A stretch of DNA of 64,000 bases from an uncultured Poribacteria bacterium (lineage in GTDB: Bacteria > Poribacteria > WGA-4E > WGA-3G). Positions 1-10,235 of the stretch are shown one piece after another; position 1 is the first letter of the stretch, and each line of letters opens with the position of its first letter. The notes beneath the pieces were generated by a model. That model did no database searches, was not told the DNA's origin, and saw nothing but the letters and a program-made list of their open reading frames with translations. The stretch covers positions 4,704,001 to 4,768,000 of the forward strand of contig CATQHZ020000001.1 in NCBI GenBank assembly GCA_958296135.2. Reading direction: 5' to 3'. The position numbers and the translations under genes are program-made.

Positions 1-1023
1 GCCATTGGGCGTGAAGTATCGGGCGACAGTTAATTTAACGGCAGCTTTTGAATTGCTGAGGGGAAAGACGCGTTGCACGGAAGCCTTTCCAAAGGTTTTA
101 GCACCCATGACAAGTCCGCGCCCGTGGTCCTTAATGGCCCCAGCGACGATTTCAGAGGCACTCGCGCTGCCACCGTTGACGAGGACAATGAGAGGAAACG
201 CGTTGTCTCGCGAAGGACCTTTGGCAACAAAATCCTCGCGCGTGTCAATGCCTTTGCTGTAAACAACGAGCTGCCCCTGCTGGAGAAAATCGCTGGCGAC
301 ATCCACGGCAGCACTGAGGAGCCCACCGGGGTTTAAGCGAAGATCGAGGATAACGCCGCGGACGTTGTGCTGCAGGAATTCCGCTAGCGCGTTATCAACA
401 TCGTTCGCAGTCGTGCCAAGGAATTGGTTCAGTTTGATGTAGCCGATGTTATCCCCGATGATGTTTTTTTCAACACTCGGGATGCGGATGACTTCGCGAG
501 TGATGGTGAGCTCAATCGGGCGGCTCTCCTCTGCGCGAATGACGGTAATGGAGACAGGAGTACCGGGCTCACCGCGCAACTGACTGACGGCATCGTCCAA
601 GGACATCACGGCGGTGGGTTCTCCTTCAATGTGGCTGATAACATCCCCGCTTTGCATGCCGGCCAGGGATGCCGGGGAACCCTTGAACGGGGTGATGACG
701 GTGAGGACATCTTCGCGGATGCCGATAGTCATGCCAAGCCCGGCGTAGTTTCCCTGATTATCCATACGGAATTTGCTGTAATCCGTAAAGAATTGGCTAT
801 AGGGATCCAACGTGCGGAGCATCCCCTTAATCGCGCCATCCATGAGCGTCTTCGCCTCCGGCGTATCAAGATGCGCCTGCTGTGTATGCGCCAGAATTTG
901 GGCGAAGAGCGCGAGGTTTTCTAGCAGTTCTTCGTCCGCAGTATCTTCGGCACTCCAACTGAATGGGAGAAACGCGGCGATGAAAACAATGGATAAGAGA
1001 ACGTGAAACGTGGTTTTGTTCAT
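1..1023 (-). CDS. ctpA: S41 family carboxy-terminal processing protease (3' end runs off window)
   Basis: Not in the ORF track; translated by hand from ATG 1023. Signal peptide MNKTTFHVLLSIV, then AIKGMLRTLDPYS, a PDZ region (GLGMTIG...PFKGSPA), ILDLRLNPGGLL, NGGSASASEIVAGA, TFGKASVQ and LTVARYFTPNG. Confidence 0.93.
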   Translation of the reverse strand, partial: MNKTTFHVLLSIVFIAAFLPFSWSAEDTADEELLENLALFAQILAHTQQAHLDTPEAKTLMDGAIKGMLRTLDPYSQFFTDYSKFRMDNQGNYAGLGMTIGIREDVLTVITPFKGSPASLAGMQSGDVISHIEGEPTAVMSLDDAVSQLRGEPGTPVSITVIRAEESRPIELTITREVIRIPSVEKNIIGDNIGYIKLNQFLGTTANDVDNALAEFLQHNVRGVILDLRLNPGGLLSAAVDVASDFLQQGQLVVYSKGIDTREDFVAKGPSRDNAFPLIVLVNGGSASASEIVAGAIKDHGRGLVMGAKTFGKASVQRVFPLSNSKAAVKLTVARYFTPNG

Positions 1024-1028
1024 TTTTT

Positions 1029-1514
1029 TTATTCCTTATAGAGAAGGTTTCGTAAGCGTTTGATAGCCGGAACGCGGGAAGCGATGAAGGCGGCACCTGC
1101 AATGTAAACCAGGTCGAACCATGTTATCCGGTCCCGCATCAATTCCCAAACGGAGTGTCCTTTGAAGACAGTTTTCGCGATGGGCGCGGCTTGCTCACGC
1201 GACAGATGCTGTTCTTGCATCAATTGCTCGGTTATTTGCGCGACAGCATTCCACTGCACATCAAGGTATTTCCCAATAAAAATACCGATAACAGCGAAAA
1301 GCACAGCGGCAGCACTGACGAGATGCCATGCAGTTTTTGCATCGAATGGCAGGCTGCGGCTACTCGTGAAAAGTATTCCGCCACCAACTAGCAAGCCGAT
1401 GACGACAGCAATGAATCCCGCTGTGTTACCAGTCCACTGGATGTATTTCGCCCAGAGGATGCCGCCGAGTATCGCACCGAGGAGTCCGCCGAGCGGGGCG
1501 GTGAGGGTGTTCAT
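1029..1514 (-). CDS. hypothetical membrane protein (about 4 TM segments)
   Basis: 161-aa ORF with several hydrophobic Gly-rich helices; co-oriented with its neighbours; GGAA upstream. Confidence 0.75.
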   Translation of the reverse strand: MNTLTAPLGGLLGAILGGILWAKYIQWTGNTAGFIAVVIGLLVGGGILFTSSRSLPFDAKTAWHLVSAAAVLFAVIGIFIGKYLDVQWNAVAQITEQLMQEQHLSREQAAPIAKTVFKGHSVWELMRDRITWFDLVYIAGAAFIASRVPAIKRLRNLLYKE

Positions 1515-1540
1515 GATGTTTCCTTCAAGACGATTTTTTC

Positions 1541-1648
1541 GTAGCGCGGGGGCCCGGCAGTCACTAACTGCCGAGGGTTGCAGTCACTAACTGCCGAGGG
1601 TTTCCCCCGCGAACTTCCAACACGGCGAAGGCCAAACCCACGCTCTAC
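1541..1648. repeat. REP-like doublet with an internal 23-bp tandem duplication
   Basis: GTAGcgcggggg at the left end, CTAC at the right end; gcagtcactaactgccgagggtt occurs twice in tandem. Confidence 0.65.
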
Positions 1649-3117
1649 AGTTCAACACGCAGGTTTGGTTTCTGCCGATGGTGCTCCGTGTTTTGCTCAA
1701 ACGTGTATGCAACGCGGAGAAGTCTCTCTTCCGCGAAGGGGGCAGCAAGCAATTGTAGTCCGACCGGCAACCCCCTCTTGACGAAGCCGCACGGGATAGA
1801 AATGCCGGGTAACCCCGCGTGACTCGCCGGTGTCGTCATGACATCGGAGAGATACATCTGGAGCGGGTCGGCGGTGCGTTCGCCGATTTTGAACGCCGGG
1901 GTCGGCGAGGTAGGTGTCGCGATGACATCCACCTCTTGGAAAGCGGCATCGAAATCAGATTTTATCAAGGTTCGCGCCTTCTGCGCCTTCTTGTAGTAAG
2001 CATCTTGGTAACCCGCGCTGAGCGCGAAGGTGCCGAGCATAATGCGGCGTTTCACCTCTTGCCCGAATCCCTCACTGCGCGTCTTTTTATACATAGTGAG
2101 CAGATCTGACGGGTTTTCGGTGCGGTAGCCGTAGCGCACACCGTCGTATCGCGCCAGATTCGCGCTCGCCTCAGCCGGGGCGATGATGTAATACGTGGCG
2201 ATAGCGTATTCGGTGTGCGGGAGGGATATCTCCTCCACACTGGCACCGAGGCTTTCTAGCACAGCGATAGCGGCATGCACCGTGTCCGATACTTCTGCCT
2301 CCAATCCTTGCGCAAAATACTCCTTCGGCACACCAATCTTGAGCCCTTTCACGTCGTTGATGAGGCTTTTTGTGAAATCCGGCACCGGCACATCAACGGA
2401 GGTGGAATCCATCGCGTCGCGCCCACAGATAGCGTTGAGCAGCAGCGCGCAATCGGTGACATCTTTGGAAAAGGGACCGATCTGGTCCAACGACGATGCG
2501 AAGGCGATAAGCCCATAGCGGGAGACGCGCCCGTAGGTAGGCTTCATGCCGACAACACCGCACAAGGCAGCAGGCTGCCGAATGGAGCCGCCGGTATCGG
2601 AACCGAGCGAGCATACAGCGGCATCGGCGGCCACAACGGCGGCTGAACCACCGCTGGAACCGCCGGGGATAGTCTCCAAAGCCCACGGGTTGTGCGTCAC
2701 TTGATAGGCTGAGTTTTCGGTAGACGAGCCCATCGCGAATTCGTCCATGTTCGTTTTGCCGAGCATGACAATGCCTTGTTGGTGGAGTTTCTCCATCACA
2801 GTTGCATCGTAGGGCGGCACGAAATTGCTGAGAATTTTAGAGGCGCACGTCGTTCGCACGCCTTTGGTGCAGATTACGTCTTTTATAGCGATGGGGATGC
2901 CGGCTAAGGACGGCATCTCGTCGCCTTTTTGGAAGCCGGCATCGGCGGCACTCGCCTGTTGCAAGGCGCGCTCTCGCGTGAGCGTCAGGTAACCTTTGAC
3001 GTGCGGCTCAACCGCTGCAACGCGGCTGTAGACAGATTCGGTTAATTCTACCGCCGTGATGTCGCGCGCTTTGAGTTTCTCGTGGAGCGCGTGGGCAGTT
3101 AATTCGTAGTGTGGCAT
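1645..3117 (-). CDS. gatA: Asp-tRNA(Asn)/Glu-tRNA(Gln) amidotransferase subunit A
   Basis: Amidase signature [35 protein letters not shown], plus RYDGVRYG. Start moved to MPHYELT (3117). Confidence 0.97.
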   Translation of the reverse strand: MPHYELTAHALHEKLKARDITAVELTESVYSRVAAVEPHVKGYLTLTRERALQQASAADAGFQKGDEMPSLAGIPIAIKDVICTKGVRTTCASKILSNFVPPYDATVMEKLHQQGIVMLGKTNMDEFAMGSSTENSAYQVTHNPWALETIPGGSSGGSAAVVAADAAVCSLGSDTGGSIRQPAALCGVVGMKPTYGRVSRYGLIAFASSLDQIGPFSKDVTDCALLLNAICGRDAMDSTSVDVPVPDFTKSLINDVKGLKIGVPKEYFAQGLEAEVSDTVHAAIAVLESLGASVEEISLPHTEYAIATYYIIAPAEASANLARYDGVRYGYRTENPSDLLTMYKKTRSEGFGQEVKRRIMLGTFALSAGYQDAYYKKAQKARTLIKSDFDAAFQEVDVIATPTSPTPAFKIGERTADPLQMYLSDVMTTPASHAGLPGISIPCGFVKRGLPVGLQLLAAPFAEERLLRVAYTFEQNTEHHRQKPNLRVEL

Positions 3118-3169
3118 TTTTTGTAGTTCCGTTTCTTGGCGAGGGACAGACCCGGGCCCTACGGTTGCA

Positions 3170-3463
3170 TTAGTCAATGACTCTGGGAACGCCGAAGTAC
3201 CCTGCTTCTGCCTCCGGTGCGTTGGCGAGAACCTCTTCACGCGGATACGAGGCTTTGACGACATCCGGTTTGACCACGTTGTGGAGCGGATGGATGTGCG
3301 ATGTCGGCGGAACCGCCTCCGTATCCAATTCGTCTAACTTCCCGATGTAGTCCAAGATTCGGGCGAGTTGCTCGGTGAAGTGCTGCGTCTCTTCTTCGTT
3401 AAATTCAAGGCGTGCCAAGTTTGCGACATGTTGCACGCCTTCAGTAGTGATAGTCGTTGCCAT
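3170..3463 (-). CDS. gatC: amidotransferase subunit C
   Basis: [11 protein letters not shown]...[18 protein letters not shown]; directly upstream of gatA. Confidence 0.95.
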   Translation of the reverse strand: MATTITTEGVQHVANLARLEFNEEETQHFTEQLARILDYIGKLDELDTEAVPPTSHIHPLHNVVKPDVVKASYPREEVLANAPEAEAGYFGVPRVID

Positions 3464-3564
3464 TTTTTGGTTGTTCCTAGCGGTTGTTCAACTGCGACTT
3501 GGCAGCTGACGTTGTCTTGTCAGGCCGACTTGACGTTGTCAAGTCTTGCATGTCTGCTCTTTAG

Positions 3565-5736
3565 TTAAATGCGTATCAACGGCGCGGACGAGGCAGCGAA
3601 TTGCCGATAGCCGGCGCGGGTGAACCGAACCGTTATGAACGCATTCTCCCGCCGTCCACTGACTTTGGTGATTTTCCCACGCCCGAATTTCGGGTGATGG
3701 ACGACTTGGTTGACTTTGTAGTCGTGATGAACGTTTGTCACGTCGCCATACGGTGCCGCTGTTTCGCGAAACGGGGAACGATACCGGTCGACATGCTTAA
3801 TGAGATGCGCCGGAATCTCAGAGATGAAGCGAGAGTGGACGCGATACTCAGTATCTCCGTAAGTTCGGCGTTGGCGCGCATGGACGAGATAGAGCCGCTC
3901 CATCGCCCGTGTGATACCGACGTAACAGAGCCGGCGTTCCTCCTCCATCTCCGCCTCGCTGTTGAGAGAACGTTGGTGCGGCAGGAAGCCTTCTTCCATC
4001 CCGACGATGAAGACGAACGGGAATTCTAACCCTTTCGCGCTGTGCAGCGTCATGAGCGGCACCCTGGCCGTCTGCCCGGTCTCCATCGTATCGATATCGG
4101 CAGCGAGGGCGACATTCTCTAGGTAATCGGCGAGACTCGGTTCAGACTCGTAACTCTCATACTCGGCGATGGCGTTGATGAGCTCCTCAATGTTTTCGAC
4201 GCGGTTCTGCGCTTCAATGTTTCCAGCGCGTCCCTGCTCCTCAAAGGTTTTGAGGTAGCCGGTCTTGAGCAGGACATGATGAAGTGCTTCCGAGGGCAGT
4301 TCATCGGGGCCACCGGATTCCTCAAAGATTTGAGCGAAGCGGCGCACCTTTGTCTGGATACCACGGTTAATTTTCGTAATCTCCCCAACGCGTTGAATTG
4401 CCGCAAAGAGAGAAATGCCTTCATTACCGGCAAAATCGATAAGCCGTTGGAGCGTTGTTGCGCCGATGCCGCGAGCGGGGACGTTGATGATACGCCGCAG
4501 GCTCATGGAGTCGTTGCGATTGCACATCACGCGGAGGTAAGCGAGCAAATCTTTGATTTCCATTCTGTCGTAGAATCCCACGCCGCCGACAATCTGGTAG
4601 GGGATGTTGGCAGTGCGGAGTGCTTCCTCAAAAATTCGGGACTGCGCGTTGGTGCGGTAGAAGATAGCAAAGTCGGAATAGTCCACACCTTCGGCGTGCC
4701 ACTCCTCAATCTTGGTGCCGACATAACTCGCCTCGTCGTTTTCATCAATTGCCTCGTAGCAGATAACCGGTTCGCCGATGTCGTTTTTCGTCCACAACTT
4801 TTTTTCCCGACGGTGGATGTTGTTGTGGATGACTTCCCAAGCCGCGTCCAAGATGTTTTGGGTGGAGCGGTAGTTTTGCTCCAGCCGTAGCACGTGCGTG
4901 TGGGGGTAATCCTTCTCAAAATCGAGGATGTTTTTGATGTCCGCGCCACGGAAGGCGTATATGGCCTGGTCATCGTCACCCACGACGCAGATGTTCTGTC
5001 GGGTGCCGGCGAGCAGGCGCGTGAGCTCATATTGGCACGGGTTGGTATCCTGATACTCGTCAACGTGGAGGTATTCAAACTTGTCCTGATAGAACTGCAG
5101 CACTTCAGCGTTTGTGTTGAAGAGTTCAACGGTGAAATGCAGCAGATCATCGAAGTCCAGCGCGTTGTTTTGACGCAGCGCGTCCTGATACATCGGGTAG
5201 ACTTGGGCGACAACGTGCTCAAAATAGCCATCGGCAATCTGAGCGAACGTTTTGGGTGTCAGGAAATCGTTTTTGGCCCGGCTGATGTGGCTGAGAATCG
5301 CGCGCGGGTTGTATTGTTTATCGTTGAACCCGAGTTGCCGCAGGATGTCCCTGACGAGAGTGGCTTGCTCACCCGTGTCGAAGATAGTAAAGTGCCGGTC
5401 GAGTCCTGCGCCGATGTCGCCGAGTTTCTCGATGTCTCGGCGGAGAATGCGGGCACAAGTAGCATGGAACGTCGCCACCCACAGGTTTCGGCTGACACCC
5501 TCTTCCACGAGTTTGTCAAGCCGTTCCTTCATTTCGTTAGCCGCCTTGTTGGTAAAGGTGACAGCGAGGATGCGAAACGGGGAGACCCCTTGGAGCTTGA
5601 GCAAATAGGCGATGCGGTGCGTAATGACGCGCGTTTTGCCGCTCCCTGCCCCCGCAAGGATGAGAAGTGGGCCTTCGGTGTACTGGACGGCTTCGCGTTG
5701 CGCGTCGTTTAAAGATGCTAAGAGATTCTCTGTCAA
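3565..5736 (-). CDS. pcrA: ATP-dependent DNA helicase PcrA/UvrD
   Basis: LAGAGSGKT, VDEYQDTN, VGDDDQAIY, LEQNYRS, TLHSAKGLEF, EERRLCYVGITRA and a C-terminal Tudor-like domain. TTG start at 5736 after GGGAGG. Confidence 0.95.
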   Translation of the reverse strand: MTENLLASLNDAQREAVQYTEGPLLILAGAGSGKTRVITHRIAYLLKLQGVSPFRILAVTFTNKAANEMKERLDKLVEEGVSRNLWVATFHATCARILRRDIEKLGDIGAGLDRHFTIFDTGEQATLVRDILRQLGFNDKQYNPRAILSHISRAKNDFLTPKTFAQIADGYFEHVVAQVYPMYQDALRQNNALDFDDLLHFTVELFNTNAEVLQFYQDKFEYLHVDEYQDTNPCQYELTRLLAGTRQNICVVGDDDQAIYAFRGADIKNILDFEKDYPHTHVLRLEQNYRSTQNILDAAWEVIHNNIHRREKKLWTKNDIGEPVICYEAIDENDEASYVGTKIEEWHAEGVDYSDFAIFYRTNAQSRIFEEALRTANIPYQIVGGVGFYDRMEIKDLLAYLRVMCNRNDSMSLRRIINVPARGIGATTLQRLIDFAGNEGISLFAAIQRVGEITKINRGIQTKVRRFAQIFEESGGPDELPSEALHHVLLKTGYLKTFEEQGRAGNIEAQNRVENIEELINAIAEYESYESEPSLADYLENVALAADIDTMETGQTARVPLMTLHSAKGLEFPFVFIVGMEEGFLPHQRSLNSEAEMEEERRLCYVGITRAMERLYLVHARQRRTYGDTEYRVHSRFISEIPAHLIKHVDRYRSPFRETAAPYGDVTNVHHDYKVNQVVHHPKFGRGKITKVSGRRENAFITVRFTRAGYRQFAASSAPLIRI

Positions 5737-5758
5737 AAGGGACCTCCCAAAATGTGAT

Positions 5759-6015
5759 GGGCATGGCGAGGGCCTGTCCCCCGCGTTCGCGCAACCAAGC
5801 ACGGCGAGGGACAGGCCCTCGCCCTACGGTAAAAAACGTCACTCTCACCCGCAGCGCGAGGGAAAACCTGTCCCTCGCGAACGTGAAGGAAAATAGAACG
5901 CCCCCTCGCCCGTAGCACGAAGGTCTGTCACAATCGGGGCATGGCGGGGGACAGGCCCCCGCCCTACGGTAAAAAACGCCACTCTCACCCGCAGCGCGGG
6001 GGCCTGTCCCCCGCG
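5759..6015. repeat. BIME-like array of REP palindromes (family A, ggcgagggacaggccctcgccCTAC)
   Basis: Same ~140-bp unit as at 6478-6925. Confidence 0.85.
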
Positions 6016-6222
6016 GCGGAAGCGGCGCGGGATGCGTTTTTGAATCGTCTCTTTCTGCCGCTCCATATCCGAACTCATGCCCGTCATCACGACGAGCAGA
6101 TCGACATCGGAATCATTTGTCGGCGCGCCATACGCATAGGAGCCGAAGAGGATAACCTGTAGTGGTAAACATTCACGCACGATGTCATCGCATGTGGCTT
6201 GAATCTCTTTTGCGGAAATCAT
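6016..6222 (-). pseudogene. truncated minimal nucleotidyltransferase (MNT-type antitoxin)
   Basis: VILFGSYAYG..TNDSDVDLLVV motif and GAGGAGG RBS. After about 69 aa the frame reads into REP sequence (GGQAPALRV...). Confidence 0.8.
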
Positions 6223-6323
6223 GAACGCGTGCCTCCTCGTCTACAGAACCATTTTGTTACCCTTCATCAGGTCCTAGCAATCACAGCCGCTGCGTCTATG
6301 CCCAACGGGTTTATCCGTTAAAA

Positions 6324-6352
6324 AGGATACTACAAAAATGCGAAAATGTCAA
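6324..6352 (-). promoter_or_regulatory. sigma70-type promoter
   Basis: TTGACA-17bp-TATCCT on the minus strand; a second candidate TTGACA-17-TATCAT lies at 6448-6420. Confidence 0.6.
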
Positions 6353-6477
6353 CGCTTTTTTTGGGCATCCTCGGATGGCATGCAGGTGTGGAAACATCGC
6401 GCGAGGGATGATTAGGTATATGATACCACATTTCATCGGGTTTGTCAAAACGGCACACGGAGACGCTCCTTCATTAC

Positions 6478-6925
6478 CGTAGCGCGAGGGCCTGTCCCTC
6501 GCGGTCTCTGAAGATACCACTCTCACCCGTAGCGCGAGGGCCTGTCCCTCGCGAACGTGAGGGAAAATAGAACGCCCCCTCACCCGTAGCGCGAAGGTCT
6601 GTCACAATCGGGGCATGGCGGGGGACAGGCCCCCGCCCTACGGTAAAAAACGTCACTCTCACCCGCAGCGCGAGGGAAAACCTGTCCCTCGCGAACGTGA
6701 GGGAAAATAGAACGCCCCCTCACCCGTAGCGCGAAGGTCTGTCACAATCGGGGCATGGCGAGGGACAGGCCCTCGCCCTACGGTAAAAAACGCCACTCTC
6801 ACCCGCAGCGCGAAGGTCTGTCACAATCGGGGCATGGCGGGGGACAGGCCCCCGCCCTACGGTAAAAAACGTCACTTTCACCCGCAGCGCGAAGGAAAAC
6901 CTGTCCCTCGCGCCCCCTCGCGCCG
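6478..6925. repeat. BIME-like mosaic array of family-A REP palindromes (~140-bp unit, about 3 copies)
   Basis: Alternating GTAGcgcgagggcctgtccctcgcg and inverted ggcg(a/g)gggacaggccc(t/c)cgccCTAC units with conserved linkers. Confidence 0.9.
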
Positions 6926-9805
6926 CTACAGATAATTCTTCAAAAACTGCCCGGTATAGGACACCTTAACCGCCGCAACTTCCTCTGGCGTGCCGTGTGC
7001 CAACACCCGGCCGCCTTTATGCCCACCTTCCGGCCCGAGGTCGATCACATAATCGGCAGTTTTGATGACATCCAAGTGATGCTCAATCACAAGAACGGTG
7101 TGCCCCCTATCCACAAGTTTGTCAAGGCTGTCAAGGAGTTTCTGCACATCGGCGAGGTGGAGCCCAGTCGTCGGCTCATCTAAGATATAGAGGTTGTGTT
7201 TGCCGCGTTTGATCTTGCCGAGTTCGCTCGCGAGTTTCACCCGCTGCGCCTCGCCGCCGGAGAGAAGCGGCGCAGGATGCCCTATCTGAAGGTAACCCAT
7301 CCCTAACTCGTTGAGCACGCTCAATTTGTGATTAATCAGCCGCTGGTCTTCAAAGAATTCAACGCCTTCCTCAATCGACATATCGAGGATTTCGGCGATG
7401 TTCTTGCCGTTGTAAGTCACCTCCAGCGTGTCCTGATTGTAGCGCGCGCCTTTACAAGTCGGACAGACTACCTCAACATCGGGCATGAAGTGGAGTTTCG
7501 TGGTGATAGTGCCTTCGCCGTGGCACTCCTCGCACCGTCCACCTTTGACGTTGAAACTAAACCGTCCTACGGCGTAGCCGCGCGCCATCGCCATCGGCGT
7601 GCTCGCAAAAAGCTTGCGGATGTTATCGTAAAAACCAATGTAGGTAGCGGGATTAGAACGCGACGAACGCCCAATCGGCGACTGATCGATGTTGATAACA
7701 TCGCTGACGTGTTCATGCCCGGCTAGCGTGTCGTGCGCGCCGTAGAGCGTGCGGCTGTCGTGGTAAATGGAATAGAGCCGCTTATAGAGAATCTCGTTGA
7801 CGAGGGTGCTTTTGCCGGAGCCAGACGCGCCTGTCACACAGATAAACACGCCGAGCGGGATGTCAACGTTGAGACTTCTCAGGTTGTTTTCTCTCGCACC
7901 GGTGATACTTAGGAAGGTGCCGTTGAGGTGGCGGCGTTGTTCCGGGAGCGAAATCTCGCGTCTGCCGCTCATGTAGAGGCCTGTCAAGGAATCGGGGCAC
8001 TCCAGAATAGTGTCAAGCGTTCCCTGCACGACGACGTGCCCGCCGTGGACCCCGGGTCCCGGCCCGAGTTCAATGATGTGGTCTGCAGCGCGAATCGTGC
8101 TTTCATCGTGCTCCACGACGATAACGGTGTTGCCGATGTCTCGCAGTTTGCGTAGCGTCTCAATCATCTTCTTGTTGTCCTTCGGATGCAAACCGATGCT
8201 CGGTTCATCAAGGACGTACAGCATGCCCATCAGCCCGGAGCCTATCTGGGTGGAGAGCCGAATCCGTTGCGATTCACCGCCGGAGAGCGTCGCAGCGCGG
8301 CGATTCAGGTTGAGGTAGTCAAGCCCAATGCCGAGCAAGAGGTTAATCCGTGCAACGAGCTCTCTGATAACGCGGGTGCCTGCCTCGCGATGCTTCTCGT
8401 GAATTGTTTCCTTATCAATTGATAAAAGAAAATCCCGCAGCTCCTCGAAGTGCAGTTCGCCGACCTCGTGGATAGTCCGCTCTTTGACAGTGACGAGGAG
8501 CCGCTGGCGTTTGAGCTTCGCGCCGCCGCAGTCGGGACAAGTATGTTCCACCATGACTTTGCGGAGGTATTCTTCCATGCCGGAGTGCGCTTCGCCTTGT
8601 TTCCGATAGTGGCGGTAGTGCCTATCGATGCGGGTGATGATGCCGTCAAAACGGATTTTTCTGCCGAGGTGACGTTTCTCGATCGGCTTCGCATCCGGCG
8701 GCTGGCAAATCGGGAACTCCTCGCCGCGCGTGCCGTGGAAGAGGATATCCACAACGTCGGGCGATAACGCCGCGAAGGGGGCGTTCAGGTCGAACCCGTA
8801 GTGTTGGGACATGCTGTAGAGTGTCCTGCCATCCCACCGGCCCGGGTCGTAACCTGTGGATTGGTGCGCGAACGTGCCCTCAGCGATGCTCCGTGTCTTA
8901 TCGGGGACGAGGAGATTCGGATGCACTTGCAGATAGGTGCCGAGTCCAGAGCAGGTGACACACGCCCCAGTCGGTTCGTTGAAGGTGAAGTGATGCGGGC
9001 CGAGCTCACCCATCAGCACGCCGTGTTCGGGGCATCCGAAACTCTCCAATTCCGGTGCGCCTACCGGCAGGATTTCGGGCAGCTCCGGGTCGCGCACCTG
9101 GAAACTCATGAAGCCTTCGCCCACCAGCATCGTATGCTCAAGCGAGGCGAGCACCTGCTTGTCAATATCCTTCTGGATAAAGAACTTGTCAACGATGACC
9201 TGGATGTCGTAGCCCTCGTCCTCGTCCAATTCAATTTCCTCGCTGATGTCATGCGGTTCGCCGTTAATGCGAACGTGACGGCACCCCTTCGTGCGAATGT
9301 CGTCAAAGAGGTAGTCGTAATCTTCACCATAGATTTTGAAGACCGGGGCGTGGATTTCTACCTCAGTGCCTTCCGGCAGCGAGAGCAGCCGCTCTAAAAT
9401 CTGATGGTGGGAGCGGATGGGAATCTCACGTTCACAATACGGGCAGTGCGCAATGCCGATGGTGGCATAGAGCATCCGCAGGAAATCCTGCAGATCTGTC
9501 ATCGTGCCGACGGTGGAGCGCGGGTTCATCGTAACAGTTTTCTGCTCAATGGAGACAACCGGGGAGAGCCCATCGACGAAATCGACATCGGGTTTCTTAA
9601 GCTGCGTGATGAAGCGTTTGGCGTAAGTGGACATGGATTCTAGGAACCGGCGCTGCCCCTCGGCATAAACGGTATCAAATGCCAACGATGACTTGCCGGA
9701 ACCGCTGATGCCCGTGACGACAACCAACTGGTCTCGGGGGATTTCAACTTCTATGTCTTGCAGATTATTTTCTCTCGCGCCTTTGACAGCGACAGTCTGT
9801 CTCAT
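6926..9805 (-). CDS. uvrA: excinuclease ABC subunit A
   Basis: Two ABC modules ([20 protein letters not shown]), LSGGESQR and [12 protein letters not shown] motifs, and Zn fingers. Confidence 0.97.
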   Translation of the reverse strand: MRQTVAVKGARENNLQDIEVEIPRDQLVVVTGISGSGKSSLAFDTVYAEGQRRFLESMSTYAKRFITQLKKPDVDFVDGLSPVVSIEQKTVTMNPRSTVGTMTDLQDFLRMLYATIGIAHCPYCEREIPIRSHHQILERLLSLPEGTEVEIHAPVFKIYGEDYDYLFDDIRTKGCRHVRINGEPHDISEEIELDEDEGYDIQVIVDKFFIQKDIDKQVLASLEHTMLVGEGFMSFQVRDPELPEILPVGAPELESFGCPEHGVLMGELGPHHFTFNEPTGACVTCSGLGTYLQVHPNLLVPDKTRSIAEGTFAHQSTGYDPGRWDGRTLYSMSQHYGFDLNAPFAALSPDVVDILFHGTRGEEFPICQPPDAKPIEKRHLGRKIRFDGIITRIDRHYRHYRKQGEAHSGMEEYLRKVMVEHTCPDCGGAKLKRQRLLVTVKERTIHEVGELHFEELRDFLLSIDKETIHEKHREAGTRVIRELVARINLLLGIGLDYLNLNRRAATLSGGESQRIRLSTQIGSGLMGMLYVLDEPSIGLHPKDNKKMIETLRKLRDIGNTVIVVEHDESTIRAADHIIELGPGPGVHGGHVVVQGTLDTILECPDSLTGLYMSGRREISLPEQRRHLNGTFLSITGARENNLRSLNVDIPLGVFICVTGASGSGKSTLVNEILYKRLYSIYHDSRTLYGAHDTLAGHEHVSDVINIDQSPIGRSSRSNPATYIGFYDNIRKLFASTPMAMARGYAVGRFSFNVKGGRCEECHGEGTITTKLHFMPDVEVVCPTCKGARYNQDTLEVTYNGKNIAEILDMSIEEGVEFFEDQRLINHKLSVLNELGMGYLQIGHPAPLLSGGEAQRVKLASELGKIKRGKHNLYILDEPTTGLHLADVQKLLDSLDKLVDRGHTVLVIEHHLDVIKTADYVIDLGPEGGHKGGRVLAHGTPEEVAAVKVSYTGQFLKNYL

Positions 9806-9836
9806 GGGGTACCTCCTATTGTCAGGACGGATGTCG

Positions 9837-10211
9837 TTCAGATAGGCATGTTGAGGGACAGGCCCTCAACCTACGGATTTCGGGATAACTATCGGCATAC
9901 GGACTTTTTTTAGATAGGCATGTTGAGGAACAGGCCCTCAACCTACGGATTTCGGGATAACTATCGGCATACGGACTTTTTTCAGATAGGCATGTTGAGG
10001 GACAGGCCCTCAACCTACGGATTTCGGGATAACTATCGGCATACGGACTTTTTTCAGATAGGCATGTTGAGGGACAGGCCCTCAACCTACGGATTTCGGG
10101 GTAACTATCGGCATACGGACTTTTTTTAGATAGGCATGTTGAGGGACAGGCCCTCAACCTACGGATTTCGGGGTAACTATCGGCAGTTGAGGGACAGGCC
10201 CTCAACCTACG
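9837..10211. repeat. 72-bp tandem repeat (about 5 copies plus a partial) built around a REP hairpin
   Basis: gataggcatg recurs at 9841, 9913, 9985, 10057 and 10129; each unit contains gttgagggacaggccctcaacCTAC. Confidence 0.95.
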
Positions 10212-10235
10212 GGGGCAAGACCAGGTGAGCCTGCC

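Noticed and set aside
3118-3264. N-terminal extensions given by the ORF track for gatA (also pcrA, metK, tnpB and the large OM gene)
   Set aside because: The extensions overlap neighbouring genes or translate REP/intergenic DNA; downstream starts have better RBSs or match family N-termini.
3527-3545. Palindrome gacttgac-gtt-gtcaagtc as an operator
   Set aside because: Single occurrence inside an operon; cannot be distinguished from an ordinary intercistronic hairpin.
5759-6925. CRISPR array or integron attC array
   Set aside because: Linkers are repeated rather than unique, units occur in both orientations with GTAG tails typical of REPs, and no integrase or cassettes are present.
9822-10205. 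127-aa repeat protein ORF
   Set aside because: By-product of a 72-bp non-coding tandem repeat; no RBS and no protein-like composition.
9837-10211. CRISPR array
   Set aside because: The sequence between hairpins is identical from unit to unit (no unique spacers), and no cas genes are nearby.
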